NCBI GenBank assembly: GCA_040386535.1
Contig: JAZKFH010000055.1
Location: 85,343 to 149,342, forward strand
DNA: 64,000 nucleotides
From: Myxococcota bacterium
GTDB lineage: Bacteria; Myxococcota_A; UBA796; SXON01
Direction: 5' to 3'
The notes below the pieces were generated by a model. It saw only the letters and a program-made list of their open reading frames with translations, was not told the DNA's origin and did not search any database. The position numbers and the translations under genes were made by a program. Of the stretch, positions 48,104 to 57,637 are shown one piece after another (the stretch's first letter is position 1; the number at the start of each line of letters is the position of its first letter).

Positions 48104-50259
48104 CCGTGCCGATGGAGCTCTGGGGCGGGGTCGAGTGCACCGTGAACCGGATGGGCTCGCGGTGGCACGATCAGCTCCGGCTCGGCGGCCATCACGACCG
48201 CCCGGGTGACCTCGACGCCATCGCGGCCCTCGGCATCCGCACGCTCCGCTACCCGGTGTTGTGGGAGCGGGTGGCGCCCGACGAGCCCGATCGCTACGAC
48301 TGGGCCTGGACCGACGCGCGGCTCCACCACCTCCGCGACCTCGGCATCCGGCCGATCGTGGGCCTCGTCCACCATGGCAGCGGCCCGCGCTACACGAGCC
48401 TGCTCGACCCCGCCTTTCCCCTCAAGCTGGCCCGCTACGCCGCCGCCGTCGCCGAGCGGTACCCCTGGGTGGAGGCGTGGACGCCGGTCAACGAGCCGCT
48501 CACGACGGCGCGCTTCGCCGCGCTCTACGGCTTCTGGTACCCCCACCGGCGCAGCGAGGGCGCGTTCGTCCGCGCGCTCCTCACGCAGCTCCGGGGCATC
48601 GAGGCCGCGATGGGCGCCGTCCGGGCGGTGATCCCGGGCGCGCGGCTCGTCCAGACGGAGGACTACGGCCGCACGGTCGCGACGCCCACGCTCCAGTACC
48701 AGGCCGATCACGACGACGCGCGGCGGGTCCTCGGCCTGGATCTCGCCTTCGGCCGGTTCGGCCCCGAGAGCCGACTCTGGGCATGGGTCCGTGCCCTCGG
48801 CTTCGCGCCGGAGGAGCTCACGTTCTCGGCGGACGCCGCGCCCGATCTCATCGGGATGAACTACTACGTCACGAGCGACCGCGTGCTCGACGAGCAGCTG
48901 GAGCGGTACCCCGCGTGTATGCACGGGGGGAACGCGCGGCAGCGCTACGTCGACGTGGAGGCCGTGCGCGTCTCGGGCCCCGGGCTGACTGGACACGCGA
49001 TGGCACTCACGACATTGTGGGAGCGCTACGGCCGCCCGCTGGCCGTGACCGAGGCGTTCCTCGGGTGTACCCGCGAGGAGCAGATCCGCTGGCTGCTGGA
49101 GGCGTGGCGTGGCGCCGAGGACGCGCGTGCGGCCGGCGCGGACGTGCGGGCGGTGACCGCCTGGTCCTTGTTCGGCGCGACGGATTGGGACTCGCTGGTC
49201 ACCGAGGTGCGCGGCTCCTACGAGTGTGGCGCCTTCGACACCCGCTGCCGCCCGCCGCGCCCGACCGCCCTCGCCGAGCTGGCCCGCGCGCTCGCGGCAG
49301 GGGAGGCGCCGGATCACCCCGCGCTCGCCGCGCCCGGGTGGTGGCGCCGCGCCGAGCGGCTGCACTTTCCCGCCGTCGGAGGCCCCCCGGAGCCCGATCC
49401 GCCGCTCCCCGGGCCGCCGCTGCTCGTGGTGGGGGCCCGCGGCACGCTGGGGCGCGCGTTCGAGCGGATCTGCGCGACGCGCGGGCTCGCGTGTGTCGTC
49501 GCGACGCGGCAGGAGCTCGATCTCGCCGAGCCCGACTCCGTGCGGGCGGCCCTCGCGCGCCTGCGCCCCTGGGCGGTCGTGAACGCGGCCGGGTACGTGC
49601 GCGTCGACGACGCCGAGCGCGAGTGGTACGCCTGCTACCGCGACAACACGCTCGGGGCGGGGTTCCTGGCGAGCGCGTGCGCTGCGGGCGGGCTCCCGCT
49701 GGTCACGTTCTCGAGCGATCTCGTGTTCGACGGCGCGCGGTCCGAACCGTACGTGGAGTCCGACATCCTCGGGCCACTCAGCGTCTACGGGCTCACCAAG
49801 GCCCAGGCGGAGGAGCAGGTCGCCCGGCTGCACCCCGGCGCGCTCATCGTGCGCACGAGCGCCTTCTTCGGGCCCTGGGATCCCCACAACTTCGTGAGCC
49901 AGGCGCTGCATCGGCTCGCGCGGGGGCCGCTCCGCGTGGCGGACGACCAGGTCGTCTCGCCGACGTTCGTGCCGGACCTCGTCAACGCCGCGCTCGATCT
50001 GTTGATCGACGGCGCGGCCGGCGTGTGGCACCTCGCCAACCCCGGCGCCGTCACCTGGGCCGAGCTCGCACGCCGGGTGGCCGAACGCGCCGGGCTCGAC
50101 GTGGGGCGGGTGGAGGGGGTGCCCGGGGCGCGCCTGGCGCCCGCGAGGCGGCCGCGGTTCAGCGCGTTGGGTTCGGAGCGGGGCGTGTTGCTGCCCCCGT
50201 TGGACCGGGCCCTGGATCGTTTCTTCGAGGTGTGGCGCCCGTCGGGCGCGGAGGAGTAG
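48100..50259 (+). CDS. GH1-like glycosidase fused to an RfbD/RmlD-like SDR reductase
   Basis: N-terminal WGGVEC, LRYPVLWE, TPVNEP and VTE; C-terminal VGARGTLG, NAAGY, SSDLVFDG, YGLTK and DQ..SPT. Confidence 0.88.
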   Translation: MTVPMELWGGVECTVNRMGSRWHDQLRLGGHHDRPGDLDAIAALGIRTLRYPVLWERVAPDEPDRYDWAWTDARLHHLRDLGIRPIVGLVHHGSGPRYTSLLDPAFPLKLARYAAAVAERYPWVEAWTPVNEPLTTARFAALYGFWYPHRRSEGAFVRALLTQLRGIEAAMGAVRAVIPGARLVQTEDYGRTVATPTLQYQADHDDARRVLGLDLAFGRFGPESRLWAWVRALGFAPEELTFSADAAPDLIGMNYYVTSDRVLDEQLERYPACMHGGNARQRYVDVEAVRVSGPGLTGHAMALTTLWERYGRPLAVTEAFLGCTREEQIRWLLEAWRGAEDARAAGADVRAVTAWSLFGATDWDSLVTEVRGSYECGAFDTRCRPPRPTALAELARALAAGEAPDHPALAAPGWWRRAERLHFPAVGGPPEPDPPLPGPPLLVVGARGTLGRAFERICATRGLACVVATRQELDLAEPDSVRAALARLRPWAVVNAAGYVRVDDAEREWYACYRDNTLGAGFLASACAAGGLPLVTFSSDLVFDGARSEPYVESDILGPLSVYGLTKAQAEEQVARLHPGALIVRTSAFFGPWDPHNFVSQALHRLARGPLRVADDQVVSPTFVPDLVNAALDLLIDGAAGVWHLANPGAVTWAELARRVAERAGLDVGRVEGVPGARLAPARRPRFSALGSERGVLLPPLDRALDRFFEVWRPSGAEE

Positions 50260-50264
50260 GGCAC

Positions 50265-51263
50265 ATGCGCGTACTCGTCACAGGGGGGGCCGGATACATC
50301 GGGAGCGTCGTGACGGAGGCCCTCGTCGCGCGGGGCGACGAGGTGGTGGTCTACGACGACCTGTCCAAGGGCCACCGCGACGCCGTGCTGCCGCAGGCGC
50401 ACTTCGTCCAGGGGGATCTGCTCGATGGCGTGCGCCTCGACGTGGCGATGGCGGGGGTCGACGCGGTGATCCACATGGCGGCGGCGTCGCTGGTGGGCGA
50501 GTCGGTGCTGGATCCGGGGCGCTACTACCGCCAGAACGTGGTCGCTGGCATCGCGCTGCTCGACGTGATGCGGGCGCGGCGTGTGGACCGCCTCGTGTTC
50601 TCGTCCACGGCCGCGGTGTACGGCGAGCCCGCGAAGCAGCCCATCGAGGAGGGCGATCCCACCGCGCCCACGAGCCCGTACGGCGCCACCAAGCTGGCGT
50701 TCGAGGAGGCGCTCCGCTGGTACGCGGGCGGCTACGGCCTGGGCTCGGTGAGCCTGCGCTACTTCAACGCGGCGGGCGCCAGCGCGCGGAGCGGCGAGCG
50801 CCACCACCCCGAGACCCACCTCGTGCCGCTCGTGCTCGCGGCCGCGGCGGGTGAGCTCCCCGAGGTCGTCGTGTATGGCGACGACTGGCCCACACGCGAC
50901 GGCACCTGCGTCCGGGACTACATCCACGTCGAGGACCTCGCCGACGCGCACCTCGCGGCGCTCGACGCGTTGTGCCAGGTTCGCGGGGCACCGGCTCGCG
51001 GCACACCCAGCGCCGTCTACAACCTCGGCTGCGGCGGGCAGGGCTACACCGTGCGCGAGGTCATCTCCGTGGCGGAGCGCGTGACCGGCCGCGCCGTCCC
51101 CGTGCGGATCGGGCCTCGCCGCCCCGGGGATCCCGCGGTGCTCCTCGCGAGCTCGGATCGCATCCGCCACGAGCTCGGCTGGGCGCCGAAGCGCCAGGAT
51201 CTCGACACCATCGTGGAGAGCGCGTGGCGGTGGATGCGGCAGCGGAACGTGGCGCGGGTGTGA
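50265..51263 (+). CDS. galE: UDP-glucose 4-epimerase
   Basis: TGGAGYIGS, FSSTAAVYG, PYGATK, LRYFNAAGA and DGTCVRDYIHV. Confidence 0.95.
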   Translation: MRVLVTGGAGYIGSVVTEALVARGDEVVVYDDLSKGHRDAVLPQAHFVQGDLLDGVRLDVAMAGVDAVIHMAAASLVGESVLDPGRYYRQNVVAGIALLDVMRARRVDRLVFSSTAAVYGEPAKQPIEEGDPTAPTSPYGATKLAFEEALRWYAGGYGLGSVSLRYFNAAGASARSGERHHPETHLVPLVLAAAAGELPEVVVYGDDWPTRDGTCVRDYIHVEDLADAHLAALDALCQVRGAPARGTPSAVYNLGCGGQGYTVREVISVAERVTGRAVPVRIGPRRPGDPAVLLASSDRIRHELGWAPKRQDLDTIVESAWRWMRQRNVARV

Positions 51264-51267
51264 GGCC

Positions 51268-51374
51268 GATGTGTCGCTGATACATGGTTGATACTTCGAT
51301 ACATCTGATACATCCGATACACTGATACATCCGATACGCTGATACATCCGACACACTGATACCTTCGACACATC
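51268..51374. repeat. AT-enriched short tandem array (YGAYAC core; 17-bp higher-order unit) with 9-bp terminal inverted repeats
   Basis: About 11 GATAC/GACAC cores and CTGATACATCCGATACA-type units. GATGTGTCG (51268) and CGACACATC (51366) are inverted. Confidence 0.85.
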
Positions 51375-51432
51375 CCGGGGGGTCCGGGGGGCCCGCGGCC
51401 CCCCGGCGGGGCGTTACGGGGCGGCGCCCCGT
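51375..51432. repeat. REP-like GC-rich palindromic element between convergent genes
   Basis: CCGGGGGGCC-CGC-GGCCCCCCGG and ACGGGGCG-G-CGCCCCGT inverted repeats. Confidence 0.55.
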
Positions 51433-51440
51433 CCCATGAA

Positions 51441-53237
51441 CTATCCGCGTCCGAGGAAATGAACGTCGCCGAGCAGCCCGTCCACCTGCCGGCGACACAT
51501 CGCGTCGAAGACACCGCCGCGGCGCCGCAGCTCCCAGGGCGAGCCGTCCTCGACGATGAGGCCCCCCTCGAGGACCACGATGCGGTCGAACCGCACGAGC
51601 GTGGAGAGGCGGTGCGCCACGGCGAGCACGGTGCGGCCGGCCATTAGCTCCTCCAGCGCCTCCTGGATGGCCTGCTCCGACTCGGTGTCGAGGGCGGAGG
51701 TGGCCTCGTCGAACACGAGGATGGGCGCGTCCTTGAGCACCGCGCGCGCGATGGCGAGGCGTTGACGCTGGCCGCCCGAGAGCTTGATACCGCGTTCGCC
51801 CACCACGGTGTCCCAGCCCTCCGGGAGCGCGTCCACGAAGGCCTCGCACCGTGCCACGCGGGCGGCGGCGACCACCTCCGCGTCGGTGGCGTCGGGGCGC
51901 CCGTAGCGCACGTTCTCGCGCACGCTGCGGTGGAACAGCGCGATCTCCTGGGGCACGACCGCGATCGCGGCGCGGAGCGCGTCCTGGGTGTAGGCGCGCA
52001 CGTCGGCGCCGTCGACGAGCACCTGCCCCTCCTGCACGTCCTCGAGCCGCTGGAGCAGGCCTACGAGCGTGCTCTTGCCCGCGCCGGAGGGCCCCACCAG
52101 CCCCACGCGCTGGCCCGCGGGGACGTCGAGCTCGAAGCGGTCGAAGACCCGCGGGCGGCGCGGCCAGGCGAATCCGATCTCCCGGTAGCTCAACGCGCCC
52201 TGGCGAGGCGGGGTGCCGCGCGCGGTCGGGATGTCGGGGATGTCGTGCGGCGCGCCGACCACCGCGAGCGTGTCGCCGAGCTGGGCGCCCTGCTGGCTCA
52301 ACCCGACCAGCGCCAGGGCGAGATCCTTGCTGCCGTGGAGGATCCTAAATGTCAGCGCGCTCACGACGACGATGTCGCCCGCCGTCACCTCGCCCGCGCG
52401 CCACTTGGCGAGGCACCAGACGAGGATGCCGCCGGCCGCGACACACAGGCATGTGTCGTGAAACACGCGCATGGTCTCGAGCCAGCCCCACGCCTTGCGT
52501 TGAGCCGACCGCTCGGCCTCCAGCCCCGTCGCGAGCCGCGTACGCTCGCGCATCCGGGCGCCGAAGGCCTTGACGGTCCAGATGTTGCCGAGCGTGTCGA
52601 CCAGCTCACCGTTGACCGCCGCGGCGTTGCGCGCGAACCGCTCGTGGTGCGGCCGCCCGCGGAGCCCGGCCCAGGCGAGCGATCCGCCGATGAACGCGAC
52701 GGCGATCGCGAGGACCATCGCCATCCGGATGTCGACGGTGGAGAGGACGATGACCGCGCCGCAGAAGTCGGCGAGCGGCGGCAGGATGCTCCACAACAGG
52801 GCACCGAGCATGCCGTGCAACAGATCGCCCGCGGCGGTGACCCGGTTCGCCAGCGCGCCGCTGAGGTGCTCGGCGAAGAAGCGCGGGGCGTGCCCGGAGA
52901 GGTGGGAGAAAAGGTCGAGCCGCAGCTCCTTCTTCACGCGGAGGATCGCGTTGGCGCCGAGGAAACCGCTGGTGCGCCAGAGCGCGTTCTCGGCGGCGAC
53001 CAGGGTGAGGAAGCCGGCGAGCGCGGCGGTGGCGGCCTCGGCGGCGTTGCCGGAGAGTGCGTCGACCAGGAGCTTCATCGTGTACTGCGCGCCTACCGAC
53101 GCGGCGACGGCCACGAGCACGAGCGCGAGGATGCCCGCGTGGACGAGGGGACGCCGCGCGAGTCGGTGCAGGACGAAGGCGACCGGACGGGTCGGGAAGG
53201 GCGGCTCCGGGGGCACCGGGCCGGGCAGCGGGTGCAT
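51441..53237 (-). CDS. ABC exporter, fused permease/ATPase (MsbA-like)
   Basis: N-terminal TM domain; GPSGAGKST, LSGGQRQR and DEATSALD. Confidence 0.93.
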   Translation of the reverse strand: MHPLPGPVPPEPPFPTRPVAFVLHRLARRPLVHAGILALVLVAVAASVGAQYTMKLLVDALSGNAAEAATAALAGFLTLVAAENALWRTSGFLGANAILRVKKELRLDLFSHLSGHAPRFFAEHLSGALANRVTAAGDLLHGMLGALLWSILPPLADFCGAVIVLSTVDIRMAMVLAIAVAFIGGSLAWAGLRGRPHHERFARNAAAVNGELVDTLGNIWTVKAFGARMRERTRLATGLEAERSAQRKAWGWLETMRVFHDTCLCVAAGGILVWCLAKWRAGEVTAGDIVVVSALTFRILHGSKDLALALVGLSQQGAQLGDTLAVVGAPHDIPDIPTARGTPPRQGALSYREIGFAWPRRPRVFDRFELDVPAGQRVGLVGPSGAGKSTLVGLLQRLEDVQEGQVLVDGADVRAYTQDALRAAIAVVPQEIALFHRSVRENVRYGRPDATDAEVVAAARVARCEAFVDALPEGWDTVVGERGIKLSGGQRQRLAIARAVLKDAPILVFDEATSALDTESEQAIQEALEELMAGRTVLAVAHRLSTLVRFDRIVVLEGGLIVEDGSPWELRRRGGVFDAMCRRQVDGLLGDVHFLGRG

Positions 53238-54382
53238 CAGCCCGTCATGGCCGGGTAGGGCATCATCATCCGGAACTGCGCGCGCTCCTCCGCGAGCGTA
53301 CGGGCCATGTCCGGGCACACGCGGTGGGTGGACCAGTCGTCGGGGCCGCCGGCGTTGAGCAGGCCGCATCGGCAGTGCCGGTCGTTGTCCCAGCCGGGGT
53401 AGTCGAGCACGGGGTACACACACACGCCGCCCACGGGCACGCCGGCGGCGGCCGCGGCGCGTGTCTCGCTGCAGACGTATCGGAGCCAGGCGGGGCCGTT
53501 CGCGCCCTCCGCGCCCGTCTCGGCGACCAGGATCGGGCGCCCGTACCGCTCCCAGATCTCGGCGAGGATCTCGCTCGGGGGCCGGTGGAACAGGTGGCCG
53601 ATGCCGATGGGCCCGCCGTCCAGGATCCACTGGTTGTCCCAGTAGTAGTTGACCCCGACGATGTCGAGGTGCTCCGGACGGCCGCCGAGCTCGGGCTCGC
53701 GCCGCCCGCACAACAGGTCCCACGACTCGAACATGAGCTGGCGGGCGCCCTCCGCGTGCGGCACGTCCTGGGGCCGACCGGGGGCGGGGACGACGTGGAT
53801 CATCGGGTCGACATGGACGAACCGGGCGTGGCGGTCGACCTCCCGGACGGCGTCCACCGCCGCGATCGCCGCGCGGACGAGCTGCCGCTTGAGCTCGCCG
53901 CCGCGCCCCCGCGAGAGCGGCTGGAACAGCGCCTTGTCGCCCGCGGCCCACGCCCAGTACGAGATCTCGTTGATCGGGCAGTACACACCGGGCTCGGCGC
54001 TCTCCTCACGCACGATCCGCGCGGCCTCGGCGGCGAACCGGGCAAACCGCGCGGGGAAGCGGGAGGACCACACGTCCACGCCGTCGGGCACGCCGTAGTG
54101 ACACAGGTCCCAGATCACGCGCACGCCCGCCTTCTCGGCCGCGCGCAACATGGGGAGGAAGCTCGACCAGTCCCACTGCCCCTCGCGCTCGACGAGGTGC
54201 CACCGCACGCCGTCCCGCGCGCCGCGGACGCCGTGGGTGGCGAGCGCGCGGTAGTCCTCGTAGGCGAGCTGGTCGTGGCGCGTGGCCGCGATGAGGTCGA
54301 GGCGGCGCCCGTCTGCCCGGCGCTGCATCGAGCACTCGAACCCGCCCAGGACCCACCCGTGAAACAACGGCGTCCCCCACAT
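53237..54382 (-). CDS. GH1-like (beta-glucosidase-type) glycoside hydrolase
   Basis: GGFECS, RDGVRWH, WDLCHYG, PINEIS, GVNYY and VAETG. Confidence 0.85.
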   Translation of the reverse strand: MWGTPLFHGWVLGGFECSMQRRADGRRLDLIAATRHDQLAYEDYRALATHGVRGARDGVRWHLVEREGQWDWSSFLPMLRAAEKAGVRVIWDLCHYGVPDGVDVWSSRFPARFARFAAEAARIVREESAEPGVYCPINEISYWAWAAGDKALFQPLSRGRGGELKRQLVRAAIAAVDAVREVDRHARFVHVDPMIHVVPAPGRPQDVPHAEGARQLMFESWDLLCGRREPELGGRPEHLDIVGVNYYWDNQWILDGGPIGIGHLFHRPPSEILAEIWERYGRPILVAETGAEGANGPAWLRYVCSETRAAAAAGVPVGGVCVYPVLDYPGWDNDRHCRCGLLNAGGPDDWSTHRVCPDMARTLAEERAQFRMMMPYPAMTG

Positions 54383-54545
54383 CGGTCCCGCCCTCCGCCC
54401 ACCATTGATAGCGGTGCCACCGAGCCGGACAACGCGAGAGAGCAACTGTGACGTGCTTTTATCGTGGGTGTGTCTGGGGCTGTGCGCTCTCGGGGCCTGT
54501 CTGGCGCCCGTCTCGGGCCTAGCTTGTTGGCGGGAGGACAACGGT

Positions 54546-55661
54546 GTGCGTGACCTCGTCTGCTTTTCGCATCTGCGTTGGGCGTTCGTGCTCCAGCGTC
54601 CCCAGCACCTCATGGCCCGCGCCGCGCGCAACCGCCGGGTCTGGTTCGTAGAGGAGCCGGTCCCCGGGCCGCGCCCGTTGCTCCGTTGCCGTGTGACCCC
54701 CGAGGGCGTGCACGTGTGCGTGCCCGAGGTGCCCGCTGGGCTCGGCATCGACGGCGCGGAGACCGTGGTGACGGGCCTGGTCGCCGACCTCGCGCGGGCG
54801 GAGGGGCTCCGGGGAGCCGCGGCGTGGCTCTACACACCGATGATGCTCCCGTTCGCGGAGGCGTTGGATCCAAGCCTCGTCGTATACGATTGTATGGACG
54901 AGCTCGCCGCTTTCCGGGCGGCGCCGCCCGAGATCCTGTACCGGGAGCGGGCCCTGTTCGCCCGGGCCGACCTCGTGTTCGTGGGGGGGCCGAGCCTCTG
55001 GGAGGCCAAACGTGGCGCGCATGCGCACGTGCACCTGTTCCGATCGTCGGTGGACGTCTCCCACTTCCGTGTCGCGCGCTCCGGCCCGCCCGAGCCCGCC
55101 ACGCTCGCCCCGTTGCGGCGCCCGCGCCTCGGCTGGGTCGGGGTCATCGACGAGCGGATGGATCTGGATCTGCTAGGGCAGGTCGCCAAGCTCCGCCCCG
55201 ATTGGGAGTGGCCGTTGATCGGGCCGGTCGTCAAGATCGACGCGGGGAGTGTGCCCCAGGCCCCCAACGTACACCTTCTGGGATCGCGTGAATATCGGGA
55301 GCTCCCCGCGTACCTCGCGCACTTCGACGTGGCGATAATGCCGTTCGCGCGCAACGATGCCACCCGGTTCATCTCGCCGACCAAGACGCCGGAGTACCTC
55401 GCGGCGGGCCTCCCCGTCGTGAGCACCGCGGTGCGTGACGTGGTCCAAGACTACGCCGACCGCGGCCTCGTCCACATCGCCACCGACGCGGCGGGGTTCG
55501 TGGCCGCGTGCGAGCGGGCGCTCACCGAGCGCCACGATCCGGCGCGCCAGCACAAGGTGGACGCCGTGCTCGCCGAGAGCTCGTGGGACGACACGTGGAC
55601 GCGGATGGACCGGCTGATCGAGACCGCGGAGCTCCGCACGCTGGTGCGGAGCGCCAAGTGA
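54546..55661 (+). CDS. GT-B (GT4-like) glycosyltransferase
   Basis: CFSHLRW..V.QRPQHL, YDCMDEL, GVIDERMD and SPTKTPEYLAAG; GGAGGA RBS. Confidence 0.9.
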   Translation: MRDLVCFSHLRWAFVLQRPQHLMARAARNRRVWFVEEPVPGPRPLLRCRVTPEGVHVCVPEVPAGLGIDGAETVVTGLVADLARAEGLRGAAAWLYTPMMLPFAEALDPSLVVYDCMDELAAFRAAPPEILYRERALFARADLVFVGGPSLWEAKRGAHAHVHLFRSSVDVSHFRVARSGPPEPATLAPLRRPRLGWVGVIDERMDLDLLGQVAKLRPDWEWPLIGPVVKIDAGSVPQAPNVHLLGSREYRELPAYLAHFDVAIMPFARNDATRFISPTKTPEYLAAGLPVVSTAVRDVVQDYADRGLVHIATDAAGFVAACERALTERHDPARQHKVDAVLAESSWDDTWTRMDRLIETAELRTLVRSAK

Positions 55662-56803
55662 AGGCTCGTCCGTTCGATTTCTTGATCGTCGGCGCGGGGT
55701 TCTCCGGCGCCGTGCTCGCCGAGCGCCTCGCGAGCCTCGACCAGCGGGTGCTGCTCGTCGAGCGTCGCAACCACGTGGGCGGCAACGCGTACGACCACAC
55801 AGACACGTCCGGCATCCTCGTGCACCGGTACGGCCCGCACATCTTCCACACCAACTCGAAGGAGGTCTTCGACTATCTCTCGCGGTTCACCCGGTGGCGG
55901 CCGTACGAGCACCGCGTCCTCACCAGCGTGGATGGGCAGCTCCTGCCGATGCCGATCAACCTCGACACCATCAACCAGCTGTACGGCACCCACCTGGACA
56001 GTTTTCAGCTCCAGGAGTTCTTCGCCAGCGTGGCCGAGCCGATCGAGACATGCCGCACCAGCGAGGACGTGGTGGTGTCCAAGGTGGGGCGCGAGCTGTA
56101 CAAGAAGTTCTTCCAGAACTACACCCGCAAGCAGTGGGGCCTGGATCCGAGCGAGCTCGACGCGTCGGTCATCGCGCGTGTCCCGATCCGCTTCAACCGT
56201 GACGATCGCTACTTCACCGACCGATACCAGGCGATGCCGCTGCACGGCTACACCCGCCTGTTCGAGAACCTGCTGGACCATCCCAACATCAAGATCCTGC
56301 TCAACACCACGTTCGACGAGATCGAGGGGCTCGTTCCGTACCGCCGGGTCGTGTACACCGGCCCGGTCGACGCCTGGTTCGGTCATCGTTTCGGCAAGCT
56401 CCCGTATCGATCCTTGCGCTTCGAATTCACCGAGCACGACACGCCTCGCGCGCAGACCGCCGCGGTGGTGAACTACCCCAACGAACACGCCTGGACCCGC
56501 ATCACCGAGTTCAAGTGGCTCACCGGGCAGGATCACCCGCGTAGCACCACGGTCACCGAGTACCCCGAGGCCGAGGGCGACCCGTATTATCCGGTGCCCA
56601 CCGCCGAGGCGGCGGCGCTGTACAAACGATACGCCGAGCTGGTCGCACAAACGCCGGACGTCTACTTCGTAGGGCGGCTCGCCACGTATCGGTATTACAA
56701 CATGGACCAGTGTGTCGCCCAGGCGCTCACCGTGTTCGCCCGCATCGCGCGGGACCTTGGCGTTCCGATGGAGGGGCTCGCGTCGGCGGTCGCGATCCGA
56801 TAG
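55658..56803 (+). CDS. glf: UDP-galactopyranose mutase
   Basis: VGAGFSG, GGNAYD, HRYGPHIFHT, YTRKQWG and GRLATYRYYNMDQ. Confidence 0.96.
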   Translation: MKARPFDFLIVGAGFSGAVLAERLASLDQRVLLVERRNHVGGNAYDHTDTSGILVHRYGPHIFHTNSKEVFDYLSRFTRWRPYEHRVLTSVDGQLLPMPINLDTINQLYGTHLDSFQLQEFFASVAEPIETCRTSEDVVVSKVGRELYKKFFQNYTRKQWGLDPSELDASVIARVPIRFNRDDRYFTDRYQAMPLHGYTRLFENLLDHPNIKILLNTTFDEIEGLVPYRRVVYTGPVDAWFGHRFGKLPYRSLRFEFTEHDTPRAQTAAVVNYPNEHAWTRITEFKWLTGQDHPRSTTVTEYPEAEGDPYYPVPTAEAAALYKRYAELVAQTPDVYFVGRLATYRYYNMDQCVAQALTVFARIARDLGVPMEGLASAVAIR

Positions 56804-56811
56804 GGGTCGGG

Positions 56812-57468
56812 ATGCTGATGCTGCTCGCCTCTCTCTCCCTCGCCGCCGAAACCACCGCGCCCCCCATCGTCACGGACGGCCCCGGCCGCCCGGTCGTCGG
56901 CATCGGCGCCGGTCTGCGGGGCGCCACCAGCGCCGCGGGCTTCGTCACGTCCGTGCGCGTTCGGGTCACGCCCTGGTTCGTGGTCGACCCGATGGCCTAC
57001 GTGCTGCTCTCGACCACCGAGCTCACCACGACGACCCGTATCTCCGAAGACCCCGAGTACTGGGCGGAGCAGACGGAGACGGAGGGGGAGACCACCACCT
57101 ACGGCGCGCTCGCGCTCCGGTTCCGCGTCGCGCAGGGCAAGCGCGCCTCCGCCTGGGTGCTCGCCAGCGGGAGCCTGCTGTCGGGGGACGTGGCGAGCGT
57201 GGCGTCGTCCACCAGCTCCACCACGCCGGAGGGCGAAGAGGCACCCGAGGTGTCCCAGCGGTACCAATCCATCGGTGGCAACGTGGGGGTCGGGTTCGCC
57301 GGCGAGGTGTGGCTGCGGCCCGAGCTGACCCTCTCGGCGGACGCGGGCTTCAACGTGTGGGAGGCCTCCAAGACCGTCTTCGAGGTCGGGCTGGACGACA
57401 CCGTGGGGACCACCAGCGGCTTCAAGCTCAGCCCCTTCGTGCAGCTGGCGCTCCACCTGTACCTCTGA
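56812..57468 (+). CDS. Putative small outer-membrane beta-barrel protein
   Basis: Short signal peptide, alternating amphipathic strands and C-terminal QLALHLYL. Confidence 0.55.
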   Translation: MLMLLASLSLAAETTAPPIVTDGPGRPVVGIGAGLRGATSAAGFVTSVRVRVTPWFVVDPMAYVLLSTTELTTTTRISEDPEYWAEQTETEGETTTYGALALRFRVAQGKRASAWVLASGSLLSGDVASVASSTSSTTPEGEEAPEVSQRYQSIGGNVGVGFAGEVWLRPELTLSADAGFNVWEASKTVFEVGLDDTVGTTSGFKLSPFVQLALHLYL

Positions 57469-57599
57469 CGACGACGGCAGAGGGCGGCAAAGAGCGGGTA
57501 GACCCTGATGTGTCGCGATACTTCTTGTCGCGTCGCACGCGCGTTTTGGCAGGGGTGCGCTCGCCGCGACCCTTGACAGCCGACCGTGCCCTCTATATC

Positions 57600-57618
57600 A
57601 ATAATGAAAGTCAATATC
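57600..57618 (+). promoter_or_regulatory. Fur box
   Basis: AATAATGAAAGTCAATATC matches 15/19 of GATAATGATAATCATTATC, upstream of imelysin. Confidence 0.85.
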
Positions 57619-57637
57619 AACAGTGGAGTTGGTGGAC

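Noticed and set aside
51268..51374. Possible CRISPR array or Cys/Ile-rich small ORFs
   Set aside because: No unique spacers; the translated repeats are by-products of the DNA repeat.
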